64,000 bases of DNA from Coriobacteriales bacterium (GTDB lineage: Bacteria > Actinomycetota > Coriobacteriia > Coriobacteriales > UBA8131): NCBI GenBank assembly GCA_031263025.1, contig JAISGO010000038.1, forward strand, positions 3,038 to 67,037, given 5' to 3'. Every line of letters begins with the position of its first letter. Positions within the stretch are counted from its first letter, which is position 1. Position numbers and translations under genes: made by a program. Below the pieces are notes generated by a model, which was not told where the DNA came from, made no database searches, and saw only the letters and a program-made list of their open reading frames with translations. This document shows, one piece after another, positions 1 through 11,352 of this stretch.

Positions 1-291
1 AAGGACAACGTGGTCGCCTGGATGGTGCCGATGGGAGTGGCCTATGTCACCGTAATCGGCGCCCTCATCATCGACTTCTCCAAGATCCGCCCGATCATGA
101 AGAAGGCCGCCCGCTCAAACGGCAGCCTTTCCCCCAAGCAGCTCAAGCACGAACAGGAAAAACAAGCCCAAGCCGCCGCCATCCAGGCCGAAAAGAAGGC
201 CCATCACCGCCGCCGCAGCAAGCAGGCGACCAAAGATCGGATGCGGGCCTTAGGTAAGGCAGCCGAGACGAAAGACAAGGCGGATCAATGA
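1..291 (+). CDS. partial CDS (5' end outside window): membrane protein C-terminus with Lys/Ala/Gln-rich tail
   Basis: frame open to position 1; hydrophobic helix VAWMVPMGVAYVTVIGALII; stop overlaps purS ATG (ATGA at 288). Confidence 0.4.
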   Translation, partial: KDNVVAWMVPMGVAYVTVIGALIIDFSKIRPIMKKAARSNGSLSPKQLKHEQEKQAQAAAIQAEKKAHHRRRSKQATKDRMRALGKAAETKDKADQ

Positions 292-530
292 AAGACTTCA
301 ACATCTACGTTACCGCCAAGGCCGGGATCTTCGACCCCGCCGGCGCCCAAGCCGAGGGCGCCTTGCACAACCTCGACCTGAAGATGATCGAACAAGTCAA
401 GATCGGTAAGTTCATCCAGTTGCGCTGCGACGATTCGACAAGCCTCGACAATGTCCGTCAAGCCTGCGACAAGCTGTTAGCCAATCCGGTGATCGAGGAC
501 TACCGGATCGAGCCTGTCTCCGAGGACTGA
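288..530 (+). CDS. purS: phosphoribosylformylglycinamidine synthase subunit PurS
   Basis: 80 aa, N-terminus MKDFNIYVTAKAGIFDPAG typical of PurS; directly upstream of purQ. Confidence 0.85.
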   Translation: MKDFNIYVTAKAGIFDPAGAQAEGALHNLDLKMIEQVKIGKFIQLRCDDSTSLDNVRQACDKLLANPVIEDYRIEPVSED

Positions 531-537
531 GCAAAGC

Positions 538-1185
538 ATGGCCACGCGCTACGGGATCCTCCGTTTTCCCGGCTCCAACTGTGAACAGGATGTGATGGGG
601 GCCCTCCAGGCCCTGGGCCGCAAAGCCGACTACGTCTGGCATGGTGAACTCGACATCAGCCGTTTCGATGCCCTCATCTTACCCGGCGGCTTCTCCTATG
701 GCGACTATCTACGCTGCGGCGCGATCGCCGCTTTCGCCCCGGTCATGCAGGCGGTCAAGGAATTCGCCGACCGTGGCGGCTATGTGATGGGGATCTGCAA
801 CGGTTTCCAGATCCTGACCGAGGCCCATCTCCTACCCGGCGCCCTGATCGCCAACCGCGCCCTCAAGTTCATTTGCGAAGACGTGCGCCTGCGCCTGGAC
901 AGCAATCGCTGTGCCTGGCTCAGCGATGAGGTGGGCAGCCTCTACACCATCCCCATCAACCACAACGAGGGCAATTTCATCTGTGACCCCCACACCCTCG
1001 CCGACCTCCAAGAACATGACCAGATCGTCTTACGTTACCTGGACAGCGCTCCCAATGGCGCCCTCGACGACATCGCCGGCATCTGCAATCGCGCCGGTAA
1101 CGTCTTCGGGTTGATGCCCCATCCGGAAAGGGTCAGCGAAGGTCTGGGGGGCAATGCTGACGGGGCGGCTTTTTTCAGGCTCTAG
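538..1185 (+). CDS. purQ: phosphoribosylformylglycinamidine synthase glutaminase subunit PurQ
   Basis: GATase1 motifs GFSYGDYLRCG, GICNGFQIL (Cys nucleophile), MPHPER. Confidence 0.9.
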   Translation: MATRYGILRFPGSNCEQDVMGALQALGRKADYVWHGELDISRFDALILPGGFSYGDYLRCGAIAAFAPVMQAVKEFADRGGYVMGICNGFQILTEAHLLPGALIANRALKFICEDVRLRLDSNRCAWLSDEVGSLYTIPINHNEGNFICDPHTLADLQEHDQIVLRYLDSAPNGALDDIAGICNRAGNVFGLMPHPERVSEGLGGNADGAAFFRL

Positions 1186-1227
1186 GCTTTTGTAGCCAGC
1201 TTAGGCCCAACGTTTGTCCACTCATGC

Positions 1228-1854
1228 ATGCTTCGGCTAAAAAATGAAGGGACGACTGTGACTAGGCAATCAGCCCAACTCACTTACTATGGCGATGGCG
1301 TGATCGGCCTTGACGAGGTCGGTCGCGGCCCCTTGGCCGGCCCCCTCTGCGTAGCTGCGGTGATGCTGCCCGACGGCGCATTAATCGAGGGCCTGAACGA
1401 CTCCAAGAAGGTTAGCCCAAAACGCCGTCTCGTCTTGGCTGAGCAAATCGCCGACCTCGCCACCGCGATTGGCTTAGCCTACGTCGCAGCTGGCGATATC
1501 GACCGCTACGGCATCGGGGCCTGCCTACGCAAATGCTTCAGGGGCGCACTCGACCAAGCCCTTGCCGGATATGGTGGAAGCTGCTCCCAGGTGCTCGTCG
1601 ACGGCCGGCCCCTTGGCATCGATTCCCGCGAGGAGGCCGTCGTCAAGGGCGACGCTACGATCGCCTGCATCGCTGCCGCCAGCATCTATGCCAAGGTCCA
1701 CCGTGACGCTCTGATGGTCAAATACGCCGAGGAGTATCCGGAATACGGTTTTGAACATAACAAAGGCTATGGCACCGCTGCCCACATCGCTGCCATCAAG
1801 GCCCATGGGCTTACCCCCATCCACCGGCGTAGTTTCTGCGGGCATTTTATATGA
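1228..1854 (+). CDS. rnhB: ribonuclease HII
   Basis: GLDEVGRGPLAGP and DSKK active-site motifs, ~200 aa. Confidence 0.9.
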   Translation: MLRLKNEGTTVTRQSAQLTYYGDGVIGLDEVGRGPLAGPLCVAAVMLPDGALIEGLNDSKKVSPKRRLVLAEQIADLATAIGLAYVAAGDIDRYGIGACLRKCFRGALDQALAGYGGSCSQVLVDGRPLGIDSREEAVVKGDATIACIAAASIYAKVHRDALMVKYAEEYPEYGFEHNKGYGTAAHIAAIKAHGLTPIHRRSFCGHFI

Positions 1855-1866
1855 TACAATAGCCCT

Positions 1867-2739
1867 ATGCCTGAGCAACAGACTCCTACAGCATCGCAAA
1901 GTAGCAACGACGAGTTCATCGACTTCCTCCTAAGCGACCAAAAGACCCCCGAGCACACCCTTAAGCAGCAGGCCCAGGCCGTCAAAGCAGCCAGGCATGC
2001 CGCTACCGGCAGACAGCAGGCAAGCTTTCGACCAGCCGCTAAACCGGCCATCGTCTTTGACCGGGTAACCAAGGTCTACCAAGCCCAACCGGGCAAACCC
2101 GCCCTCAACAAGGTGACCCTGCAGATTGCTTTCGGCGAGTTCGTTTTCCTGGTCGGCCACTCCGGCTCAGGTAAATCGACTTTCATCCGCCTGCTCAACC
2201 GCGAGCTTACCAGCACGCGCGGCACTATCTTGGTTGGTGGTGAGAACCTCTCTACCATTAAGAAATGGCGCATTCCCTACCTCCGTCGCAACGTCGGCTG
2301 CGTCTTCCAGGACTTCAAACTCCTGCCCAAGAAGACCGCTTTCGAAAACGTCGCTTTCGCCCTCCAGGTGATCGGCAAGTCCAAAGCAGTCATCCGCAAT
2401 CAAGTCCCTGAGGTGCTCCGCCTGGTCGGCCTTGGTGATAAGCAGCATAAGCGCCCTGACCAGCTTTCTGGCGGCGAACAGCAGCGGGTCAGCATCGCCC
2501 GTGCCATTGTCAACCGCCCGCCCATGCTGATCTGCGACGAGCCCACCGGCGACCTTGACCCCCAGACCTCGCTCGGCATCATGAAACTACTCGAACGCAT
2601 CAATCACACCGGCACCACCGTAGTGGTCGCCACCCACGATAAGCAGATGGTCAACGCCATGCGCAAACGGGTGATTACCCTCGAAGGCGGCTATCTGGTG
2701 CGCGATGAGGCCGAAGGAGAGTATTCGCTCAATGCGTAG
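1867..2739 (+). CDS. ftsE: cell division ATP-binding protein FtsE (with ~70-aa N-terminal extension)
   Basis: Walker [10 protein letters not shown], signature LSGGEQQR, Walker [10 protein letters not shown]; overlaps ftsX. Confidence 0.9.
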   Translation: MPEQQTPTASQSSNDEFIDFLLSDQKTPEHTLKQQAQAVKAARHAATGRQQASFRPAAKPAIVFDRVTKVYQAQPGKPALNKVTLQIAFGEFVFLVGHSGSGKSTFIRLLNRELTSTRGTILVGGENLSTIKKWRIPYLRRNVGCVFQDFKLLPKKTAFENVAFALQVIGKSKAVIRNQVPEVLRLVGLGDKQHKRPDQLSGGEQQRVSIARAIVNRPPMLICDEPTGDLDPQTSLGIMKLLERINHTGTTVVVATHDKQMVNAMRKRVITLEGGYLVRDEAEGEYSLNA

Positions 2740-3646
2740 CATCGTCTACTTCATCAAAGAGGCCCTGGTCAACTCCCGGCGCAATATCGGCACTGCGATC
2801 GGCGCGATCATCACCATCTTCCTCTCCCTGCTCATCGTCGGGGTCTTCTCCATTACTTCCTTGATCATCAATAACGTGGTCAACGAAGTCGAACAAGAAG
2901 TCAACATCTCTTTCTACCTGAGTGACAACGCCGCTAACGCCAATGTCCAAGCTATGGAGGCCCAACTACGCTCCAACCCCCTGGTCTCCTCGGTGACCTA
3001 TCTGAGCAAAGACCAAGCCCTGCAGAAGTTCAAATCCATGCCTGGACAGGACAACCAGAACTTCGTCAATGAGCTCTCTGGCAACCCCCTACCGGCCTCC
3101 CTTGAGATCAACCTAGTCGATCCCGAGAACGTCCAGCAGGTCGTCGACAGTATCGAGCAAAACCCGCTCTTCACTAAGATCGCCCAAGAGCCGACCAAGC
3201 CAGACAACAGTCTGCTTTACGGCCAGGAGATCGTACCCAAGCTCTTCGCCGCCTCCAACATCATCCGGGTGGTCAGTGCGATCCTGGTGCTAATGATGGT
3301 GATCGTGGCCCTAATCTTCATCTACAACACCATCCGTCTGGCAATCACCGCGCGCAAGACCGAGATTGAGATCATGCGCCTAGTCGGCGCTTCCAACCGC
3401 TTCATCCGCGGCCCTTTCCTGATGGAGGGCGCCATCCAAGCCTTGGTCGCCGCTGTCTTGGCCATCCTAGCCATCCAGTTCTTGGTTGATTTCGGCCTCC
3501 CCCTGATCAGTAACATGATTCCCTGGCTGCCCGTCAGCATCGCTGGTGGCACGGTTACCCTGGTTTGTTTCGCCCTCTTAGTGGTCGGCCTCATCATCGG
3601 CGTGCTCGGGTCATGGTTAGCCATGCGCAAACACCTGCGAGTCTGA
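2732..3646 (+). CDS. ftsX: cell division permease FtsX
   Basis: N-terminal IKEALVNSRRN, extracellular loop, three C-terminal TM helices; ATG 2732 overlaps ftsE stop (ORF-track start 2705 less likely). Confidence 0.85.
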   Translation: MRSIVYFIKEALVNSRRNIGTAIGAIITIFLSLLIVGVFSITSLIINNVVNEVEQEVNISFYLSDNAANANVQAMEAQLRSNPLVSSVTYLSKDQALQKFKSMPGQDNQNFVNELSGNPLPASLEINLVDPENVQQVVDSIEQNPLFTKIAQEPTKPDNSLLYGQEIVPKLFAASNIIRVVSAILVLMMVIVALIFIYNTIRLAITARKTEIEIMRLVGASNRFIRGPFLMEGAIQALVAAVLAILAIQFLVDFGLPLISNMIPWLPVSIAGGTVTLVCFALLVVGLIIGVLGSWLAMRKHLRV

Positions 3647-3833
3647 TTTCCTCTTTATTCGGCACATTCGGGCTTTACCGTACCCCTCGATACCGCCAAG
3701 GTAACTTCGGCGCACGGCAAAGGCCCGACTGCACTCGAATAAAGAGGAAATCGCGCAATGGTTTATTCGGCACATTCGGGCTTTACCGTACCCCTCGATA
3801 CCGCCAAGGTAACTTCGGCGCAGGGCAAAGGCC
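3645..3833. repeat. 72-bp direct repeat (3654-3725 and 3762-3833, 1 mismatch). The first copy is enclosed by a perfect 17-bp inverted repeat (3645-3661 / 3736-3752).
   Basis: read directly: TTTATTCGGCACATTCGGGCTTTACCGTACCCCTCGATACCGCCAAGGTAACTTCGGCGCA(C/G)GGCAAAGGCC twice; GATTTCCTCTTTATTCG pairs with CGAATAAAGAGGAAATC. Confidence 0.9.
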
Positions 3834-3847
3834 TGGTAGCGACCCTG

Positions 3848-4678
3848 ATGATTGATTCTTCGCAACAAGCTCCACAGATCGAAGTCGCCGCCAAAGCCGG
3901 CGCTTGCTATGGCGTGCAACGCGCCCTTGATCTGACTGACCAAGCCCTCGCCGAAGCCGATGGCAGCAAGGTTTACAGCCTCGGCCCCCTCATTCATAAC
4001 CCCCAAGTCATCGCCGAGCTGGAGACCCGTGGCGTCAAGGTGATCGACCGGCTTGACGCAGCCGGCCCGGGCCGGCTAATCGTACGCACCCACGGCGTCC
4101 CCCCCGACCTCGCGCTCCCCCCTCACACCATTGATGCGACTTGCCCTTATGTCAAGATCGCCCAGCGCAAGACCGCCGAACTCGCCGCTTCCTGCGACCA
4201 AGTGGTAATCGTGGGTGATGACGGGCATCCCGAAGTCGAGGGGCTCAAGGGCTACGCCGGCGACAAGGGGGTAGTCGCCGCTGATACCAAGGCCGCCCGG
4301 CAGATCAAGCAGACCGGCAGCGTCGGCATCGTCGTCCAAACCACCCAAAGCCAAGCTGCCTTAAACGAAGTAGCGGCTTGCTTCGAGGCGCCTCGGATCG
4401 CCAACACTATCTGCCGGGCCACCGCCGAACGTCAACAAGCCGCAGTCGAACTTGCCCAGCGCGCCGACTCCATGCTCGTGGTCGGCGGACGCAACTCCGG
4501 CAACACCAAACGTCTGGCCGACCTCTGCGCTGCGGTCTGTCCCAACACTCATCTGATCGAAGGGGCCTCCGAGATCGACCCATCCTGGCTAGTAGGCTCC
4601 CAGCTCGTCGGCATCAGCGCTGGCGCCTCTACCCCACTCGCTCAAATCGAGGAGGTAAGGCATGCGCTTACCGACTGA
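3848..4678 (+). CDS. ispH: 4-hydroxy-3-methylbut-2-enyl diphosphate reductase
   Basis: LytB/IspH N-terminus GACYGVQRAL, HNP motif, conserved Cys positions. Start moved to ATG 3848 because 3758-3847 lies inside the 72-bp repeat. Confidence 0.88.
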   Translation: MIDSSQQAPQIEVAAKAGACYGVQRALDLTDQALAEADGSKVYSLGPLIHNPQVIAELETRGVKVIDRLDAAGPGRLIVRTHGVPPDLALPPHTIDATCPYVKIAQRKTAELAASCDQVVIVGDDGHPEVEGLKGYAGDKGVVAADTKAARQIKQTGSVGIVVQTTQSQAALNEVAACFEAPRIANTICRATAERQQAAVELAQRADSMLVVGGRNSGNTKRLADLCAAVCPNTHLIEGASEIDPSWLVGSQLVGISAGASTPLAQIEEVRHALTD

Positions 4679-5843
4679 AGTCGACGGACATCCCATCCGC
4701 GACCTAATCGACTGGCGTTGGTGGACCGACCAAGCGCGTTTCTGCGTAAGCTACGCTGACGGTAGCACCGAAGAAGTCGAGCGCGATCCCCAGACAGGTT
4801 TGTTACCCGCTCGTTTCGAGCAACTGCCGCCGATCTTCGACCAAGTAAGGCACTGCGTCAACGACTGCAACTTCTGTTTCGTCAAACAATTGCCCCCGGG
4901 GATGCGTGATTCGCTCTATGTCAAAGATGACGACTATCGGCTCTCTTTCTTGGAGGGCAACTTCGCTACCCTCTCCAATCTCTCAGAGGCCGACCTGGAG
5001 CGCATCGTAGAGATGAGCCTCTCGCCCCTCTACGTCTCCCTGCACAGCCTCGATCCGGATCTGCGCCAGACAATGCTAGGCCAAAACGCGGCTCGGGGCT
5101 TAGCCAACCTTAAGCGCTTGCTGGCAGCGGGGATCACCTTTCACCTTCAGGTGGTCTTAGTACCGGGTTATAACGATGGCGCAGACCTAGAGCAAACCAT
5201 GGCCTGGGCCGAGCAACAGACAGGGGCTTTAAGCCTGGGTGTAGTGCCTTTTGGCTATACCCGTTGGTCGAAACTGGCCAAAGAAGCTGGCGTCACCAGA
5301 CCGAAGCGGGTCAGTGGTTGTGGACTAGCAGAAAACGACCAGGTCAAAACAGCCTTACAGATCATCCGCCAGGCCCAACCCTTTGCCAAGACGATGCTGG
5401 CTGATGAGTTCTTCCTCAAGGCTTATGGCGCCGCTGCCACAGACAAACTGCCGCCAGCGGCCTACTACCATAACTACTGTCAGTACGAAAACGGCATCGG
5501 TATGCTGCGTTACTGGCTTGACCAACAGCAGCTGACAGATGATGACGGAGACTCGATCTTATACATCACCGGCGAAGCCTTTGCCGGGATCTTAAAGCGT
5601 TACCATAAGCGAGTCTTAGCGGTGCGCAACGATTTCTTCGGCGGCAACGTCAACGTGGCCGGCCTTTTGACCGGCCAGGACGTGATCGCTCAAGCCAGGC
5701 CGGTGCTTGCTGCAGAATCGGCCGATACGCTGGTCTTACCGGCCCAGATGTTCAATGACGATGGCCTGACCTTGGATGGCATGAGCTTAGCTGAGATCAG
5801 CCAAGCGCTGGCGGTGTCGGTTGAGTTAGCCAATGAAGGTTGA
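4662..5843 (+). CDS. DUF512 family (radical-SAM-like Fe-S) protein
   Basis: CVNDCNFCFV and KDDDYRLSFLEGNFATLSNL are characteristic of DUF512. Confidence 0.75.
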   Translation: MRLPTEVDGHPIRDLIDWRWWTDQARFCVSYADGSTEEVERDPQTGLLPARFEQLPPIFDQVRHCVNDCNFCFVKQLPPGMRDSLYVKDDDYRLSFLEGNFATLSNLSEADLERIVEMSLSPLYVSLHSLDPDLRQTMLGQNAARGLANLKRLLAAGITFHLQVVLVPGYNDGADLEQTMAWAEQQTGALSLGVVPFGYTRWSKLAKEAGVTRPKRVSGCGLAENDQVKTALQIIRQAQPFAKTMLADEFFLKAYGAAATDKLPPAAYYHNYCQYENGIGMLRYWLDQQQLTDDDGDSILYITGEAFAGILKRYHKRVLAVRNDFFGGNVNVAGLLTGQDVIAQARPVLAAESADTLVLPAQMFNDDGLTLDGMSLAEISQALAVSVELANEG

Positions 5844-5901
5844 TCAATCCTCATCGCTCGGGAAACGGACAGATGGGCACAGGAAGGAAAACATGTGAAC
5901 T

Positions 5902-6014
5902 TTCCATTCGACACTGCTTCGGATGCGAATTCTGCAGCCGCGCAAACGTTTGCGATAAGTTTGGATTCCATGCGGCGAAACCTGTCTGAGCAGGCGAAGC
6001 AGTGTCGAATGGAA
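5902..6014. repeat. perfect 20-bp inverted repeat enclosing 73 nt, upstream of obg
   Basis: TTCCATTCGACACTGCTTCG (5902-5921) / CGAAGCAGTGTCGAATGGAA (5995-6014); inner palindrome CGCAAACGTTTGCG. Confidence 0.85.
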
Positions 6015-6057
6015 CAGCCTGAACGACTTGGCAACGGCTTCCCTCTTACCCTTATAA

Positions 6058-7410
<1,353 letters not shown>

Positions 7411-7413
7411 GTT

Positions 7414-8013
7414 TTGCCCAGGAACAGAATCTATCGACGCTATCGCTTAGAGGCCTCTGGAATAAACGCAGAAGTGAGCGAGAAACCGGTGCGCAACCTC
7501 AACCTCAGGATCCTGCCTCCGGACGGGAGAGTGGTACTCTCCTGTCCGCCCGGCACCCCCGAAGCGCAAGTGGCCGAGATGATCGAAGGCCATCTCGCTT
7601 TGATCAAAAGGGCCAGAGACCGTTTGCAAGAAGCTGGCAGGCGCGAGTTCATCCCGCTCGACCAAGCCCGCCCTGTCCTGGCCGAGCTCCTCGAATCCAT
7701 CGCGCCGGCCCTGCTCACCCGCTGCCGCGAAACCTTTCCCAAACAAAAGGGTTATCGTCAAGCCCCACGCCTGCGCATCAAACAGATGTCATCACTTTGG
7801 GGCTCCTACAGTCGAACAAGCCATGCCATTTCCCTTAACTCCGAGCTCGCCGGGCTCGCACCTCGCTACAGTGAATATGTGTTGGCCCACGAGCTTGCCC
7901 ATGTGATGGCAAGCGGCCATGGAGCGCCTTTCCACGCCGCCCTGGATAAGATTTTGCCGCTCTGGCGCCCTGTCGAGAATGACCTTAGACATAAGCGCCT
8001 ACCTCTGCGATGA
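7414..8013 (+). CDS. DUF45/YgjP-like zinc metallopeptidase
   Basis: HELAHV zinc motif in DUF45-like context (FHAALDKILPLWR); TTG start. Confidence 0.65.
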   Translation: MPRNRIYRRYRLEASGINAEVSEKPVRNLNLRILPPDGRVVLSCPPGTPEAQVAEMIEGHLALIKRARDRLQEAGRREFIPLDQARPVLAELLESIAPALLTRCRETFPKQKGYRQAPRLRIKQMSSLWGSYSRTSHAISLNSELAGLAPRYSEYVLAHELAHVMASGHGAPFHAALDKILPLWRPVENDLRHKRLPLR

Positions 8014-10007
8014 GCACGCCAGCTACCCGATATGTCACGGTGCTGCCTGACGTCAACGCCCAGGCGCTCGATCATCCCTTCAGCTATAGTTGGCCGTCTG
8101 CGCTGGGCACGCCCCGAGTCGGCCAGGTGGTCAAGGTTGAGCTAGGCCGACGCCAGGTGACTGGCTTCCTCCTCGACGACGCCGCCGTAGTCGAAGCTGA
8201 CACGCGCGACAAGCTAAAAGCAGTGCTCTCCCTACGCGATGATGCCTGTTTGAGCGCGGGCAACATTGCCCTGGCAAAATGGATCGCCAGCGAATACCTC
8301 TGTCCTCTAGCGGCCGCCCTCCATCTCTTCCTGCCCATCACCGAAAAACCCAAACGCCCGCGTCGGGTCGAGCCTGCAACAGTCCCACCCGACCAGCCCA
8401 AGCTCCTCAACGACGAGCAGCAACAGGCATTAGAGACGATTTGCGCAGCCCTTGATGTCTCCTCCCGTCCCATCCTCCTTGACGGGGTCACCGGTAGCGG
8501 TAAGACCGAAGTCTACTTGCAGGCGATCGCGACGGTGTTGGCCCGCGGCGGTGGGGCGATCTGCCTGGTACCAGAGATCTCGCTCACGCCACAGACGGTG
8601 AGCCGCTTCCGGGCGCGTTTTGGCGACAAGGTGGCAGTGCTGCACTCCCGCATGTCCAAAGGCGCCCGCTACAGCGAATGGCAGCGCTTACGCTGCGGCC
8701 AGGCCCGCGTGGCAGTTGGTCCGCGCTCGGCCCTGTTCGCACCGGTGGCCGACTTAGGCCTTGTGATTATCGACGAAGAGCATGAATACTCCTATAAACA
8801 AGGCAACGCCCCACGCTATGTCAGCCGCGACGTCGCCGAACAGCTTTGCCGGATTGAAAGCGCTGGACTGGTCTTAGGCTCGGCCACACCATCGCTTGAG
8901 ACTCTCAGTCGCGCCGCCCAAGGCCACTACCAGCATCTTCGCCTGAGCAAACGTGCCACTGGAGCGACCGCCCCCCAGGTGCGTATAGTCGACCTCTCCC
9001 TAGAGTTCAAACAGGGCAACAAGACCATGATCTCAGTGGCCTTGGCCGAAGCCCTGCGCCAGACCATGGCCCGTCGACGCAAGGCCATCCTCCTGCTCAA
9101 CCGCCGTGGTTTTGCCTCTTTTCTGCTCTGCCGCGACTGTGGCTTCGTCCCTACCTGTGCCAACTGCTCAACCTCCCTCACCCTCCATCAAGCCACCGGA
9201 CACCTCGAATGCCATACCTGCGGCCTACAATACCCGATTCCACCACGCTGTCCTGAGTGCGGCTCGCGCTATATCGCCCGCTTCGGCAAGGGCACCGAGT
9301 TCGCTGAGGCCGACCTGCATCAACTACTCGGCCCCGACCTGCCGCTCATCCGCATGGACGCTGACTCGACCCGCCGGAGAGACGGTCACGAGCAACGCTT
9401 AAGGGAGTTCGCCGAGGCTCCCTACGGCATCCTGCTCGGCACCCAGATGATTGCCAAGGGACTGGACTTCCCCGAGGTGAGCCTGGTTGGGGTGTTGCTC
9501 GCGGACACCGGGCTGAAGATCCCGGACTTCCGAGCCGCCGAGCGCAGCTACGACCTCTTCGAGCAGGTGGCTGGGCGCAGCGGCCGCGCCGGCGACGTCC
9601 AGGGCCAAGTCATCATCCAAACCTACGAGGCCCAGCACATCGCCGTCAAGGCGGTCAAAGCCGGCAAACGCAGCCTTTTCACCGAGGGCGAGCTCACGCT
9701 GCGCCAAAGCTTGGGTTACCCTCCCTTCAGCCGTCTCTGCAACATTGTCTTCGACGGGCGTACGGAAGCAGAGGTGCAAGAACAGGCCCAAGCATTCTGT
9801 GCCAGCCTACACGCCGACGCCGCTTACGCCGATCAGGGGATTGCCGTCCTCGGCCCGGCAGCCTGCACCATTGCCCGTATCAAAGGACGCTATCGCTGGC
9901 ACGTTCTGCTCAAGGCACCACTGGGATATCATTTCAGGAGCTTCGGCTTCAAGCCGCCACGCACGGTGCGCATGACCGTCGATGTCGACCCCTATGACCT
10001 AATGTAG
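8010..10007 (+). CDS. priA: primosomal replication-restart helicase PriA
   Basis: Walker A GVTGSGKTE, DEEH box, Cys cluster CRDCG..CANCS..CHTCG..CPECGS. Confidence 0.9.
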   Translation: MSTPATRYVTVLPDVNAQALDHPFSYSWPSALGTPRVGQVVKVELGRRQVTGFLLDDAAVVEADTRDKLKAVLSLRDDACLSAGNIALAKWIASEYLCPLAAALHLFLPITEKPKRPRRVEPATVPPDQPKLLNDEQQQALETICAALDVSSRPILLDGVTGSGKTEVYLQAIATVLARGGGAICLVPEISLTPQTVSRFRARFGDKVAVLHSRMSKGARYSEWQRLRCGQARVAVGPRSALFAPVADLGLVIIDEEHEYSYKQGNAPRYVSRDVAEQLCRIESAGLVLGSATPSLETLSRAAQGHYQHLRLSKRATGATAPQVRIVDLSLEFKQGNKTMISVALAEALRQTMARRRKAILLLNRRGFASFLLCRDCGFVPTCANCSTSLTLHQATGHLECHTCGLQYPIPPRCPECGSRYIARFGKGTEFAEADLHQLLGPDLPLIRMDADSTRRRDGHEQRLREFAEAPYGILLGTQMIAKGLDFPEVSLVGVLLADTGLKIPDFRAAERSYDLFEQVAGRSGRAGDVQGQVIIQTYEAQHIAVKAVKAGKRSLFTEGELTLRQSLGYPPFSRLCNIVFDGRTEAEVQEQAQAFCASLHADAAYADQGIAVLGPAACTIARIKGRYRWHVLLKAPLGYHFRSFGFKPPRTVRMTVDVDPYDLM

Positions 10008-10020
10008 CAAAATCGCAAAA

Positions 10021-10046
10021 CGGGGACAGCTTATAAGCTGTCCCCG
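10021..10046. terminator. perfect 26-bp palindrome between convergent priA and clpX (bidirectional terminator candidate)
   Basis: CGGGGACAGCTTATAAGCTGTCCCCG, flanked by an A/T run (AAAA on plus = UUUU for clpX). Confidence 0.7.
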
Positions 10047-10068
10047 AACAATGCAGAGTTGCGGGATC

Positions 10069-11352
10069 CTAAGCGGCAGCCAGGCCTGAGCTGCCGTTTT
10101 TCACATAGGTGAGCTTGGCCTTGCCCTCCACCGCCTTGGCCGTGACGATGATCTTGTCAACCTCATGGGTACCCGGCAACTCGAACATCGCGTCCATCAA
10201 GAGCGCCTCGGTGATAGAGCGTAGGCCCCGTGCGCCCGTGCCGTGCTTAATCGCCTTCTGAGCAATCGCAGTCAGCGCCGTCGGTTTGAACTCGATTGCG
10301 ATCCTTTCATAGCCGAAGACCCTTTGATACTGTTTGACCAGGGCGTTCTTTGGCTGGGTCAGGATGTGCACGAGGTCGGACTGCTCGAGCTCATTGAGAG
10401 CGCTGATCACCGGAATGCGCCCGATCAACTCGGGGATCAGCCCGAAAGTATTCAGATCCTCTGGCTCCACCTGGGCAAACAGCTCACCGATGTTTCTATT
10501 ATCGCGCGACTTGACCTCAGAAGCGAAGCCAACGCCCTTATTACCCAGACGGCGGGCGATGATCTTGTCCAGGCCAACGAAAGCACCGCCTAGGATAAAG
10601 AGGATATTGGTGGTATCTATCTTCATCAGCTCCTGGTCGGGATGCTTGCGCCCACCCTTGGGCGGCACATTGGCCACCGTCCCCTCGATGATCTTAAGCA
10701 GGCCCTGCTGCACTCCTTCACCGGAGACGTCACGGGTAATGGAAACGTTTTCGCCCTTGCGGGTGATCTTGTCGATCTCATCGATATAGATGATTCCGAC
10801 CTGGGCCCGTTCGATGTCCTCGTCGGCAGCCAGATAGAGCTTGAGCAGGATACTCTCGACGTCTTCCCCGACATAACCAGCCTCGGTCAAAGAGGTAGCG
10901 TCTGCGATAGCGAAGGGCACGTCCAGAATGCGGGCCAGGGTCTCAGCCAAAAGGGTCTTACCCGAGCCGGAGGGCCCGAGCAACATGATGTTGCTCTTGG
11001 CGATCTCGACCTCGTTACCCTTCCAGGGTTGCTGCGCATCACCGGCGCTGGCATTGAGGAAGATCCGCTTGTAGTGGTTGTAGACTGCCACCGAAAGGGC
11101 TTTCTTGGCCTGGTCTTGACCGACTACATAATCTGAGAGCTGCTGGTAGATCTGCTTCGGCGAAGGTGGGTCGCGGAAAAGCTCGCGCCGCCTCGCTCCC
11201 TTTTTCTGCTCTACAGGGGCCTCCGGCTGGGATCCTGACACCATCTGCGCCGCCATCTGCTGCAGGAAAGCATTGAGGGTGTCATCGATCGAGCTGCCCT
11301 CTTTACCACCCTTGTCAGGAGTGTTGTTATGCGGAGTTTTACTTTCGCTCAT
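10069..11352 (-). CDS. clpX: ATP-dependent Clp protease ATP-binding subunit ClpX (no N-terminal zinc-binding domain)
   Basis: Walker A GPSGSGKT, Walker [19 protein letters not shown]; 4-nt overlap with clpP; no Cys in first ~100 aa. Confidence 0.9.
   Translation of the reverse strand: MSESKTPHNNTPDKGGKEGSSIDDTLNAFLQQMAAQMVSGSQPEAPVEQKKGARRRELFRDPPSPKQIYQQLSDYVVGQDQAKKALSVAVYNHYKRIFLNASAGDAQQPWKGNEVEIAKSNIMLLGPSGSGKTLLAETLARILDVPFAIADATSLTEAGYVGEDVESILLKLYLAADEDIERAQVGIIYIDEIDKITRKGENVSITRDVSGEGVQQGLLKIIEGTVANVPPKGGRKHPDQELMKIDTTNILFILGGAFVGLDKIIARRLGNKGVGFASEVKSRDNRNIGELFAQVEPEDLNTFGLIPELIGRIPVISALNELEQSDLVHILTQPKNALVKQYQRVFGYERIAIEFKPTALTAIAQKAIKHGTGARGLRSITEALLMDAMFELPGTHEVDKIIVTAKAVEGKAKLTYVKNGSSGLAAA

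Noticed and set aside
3654-3833. Possible CRISPR array
   Set aside because: There are only two 72-bp copies with one 36-nt spacer. The repeat is too long and no cas genes are present. It is treated as a duplication or structured element instead.
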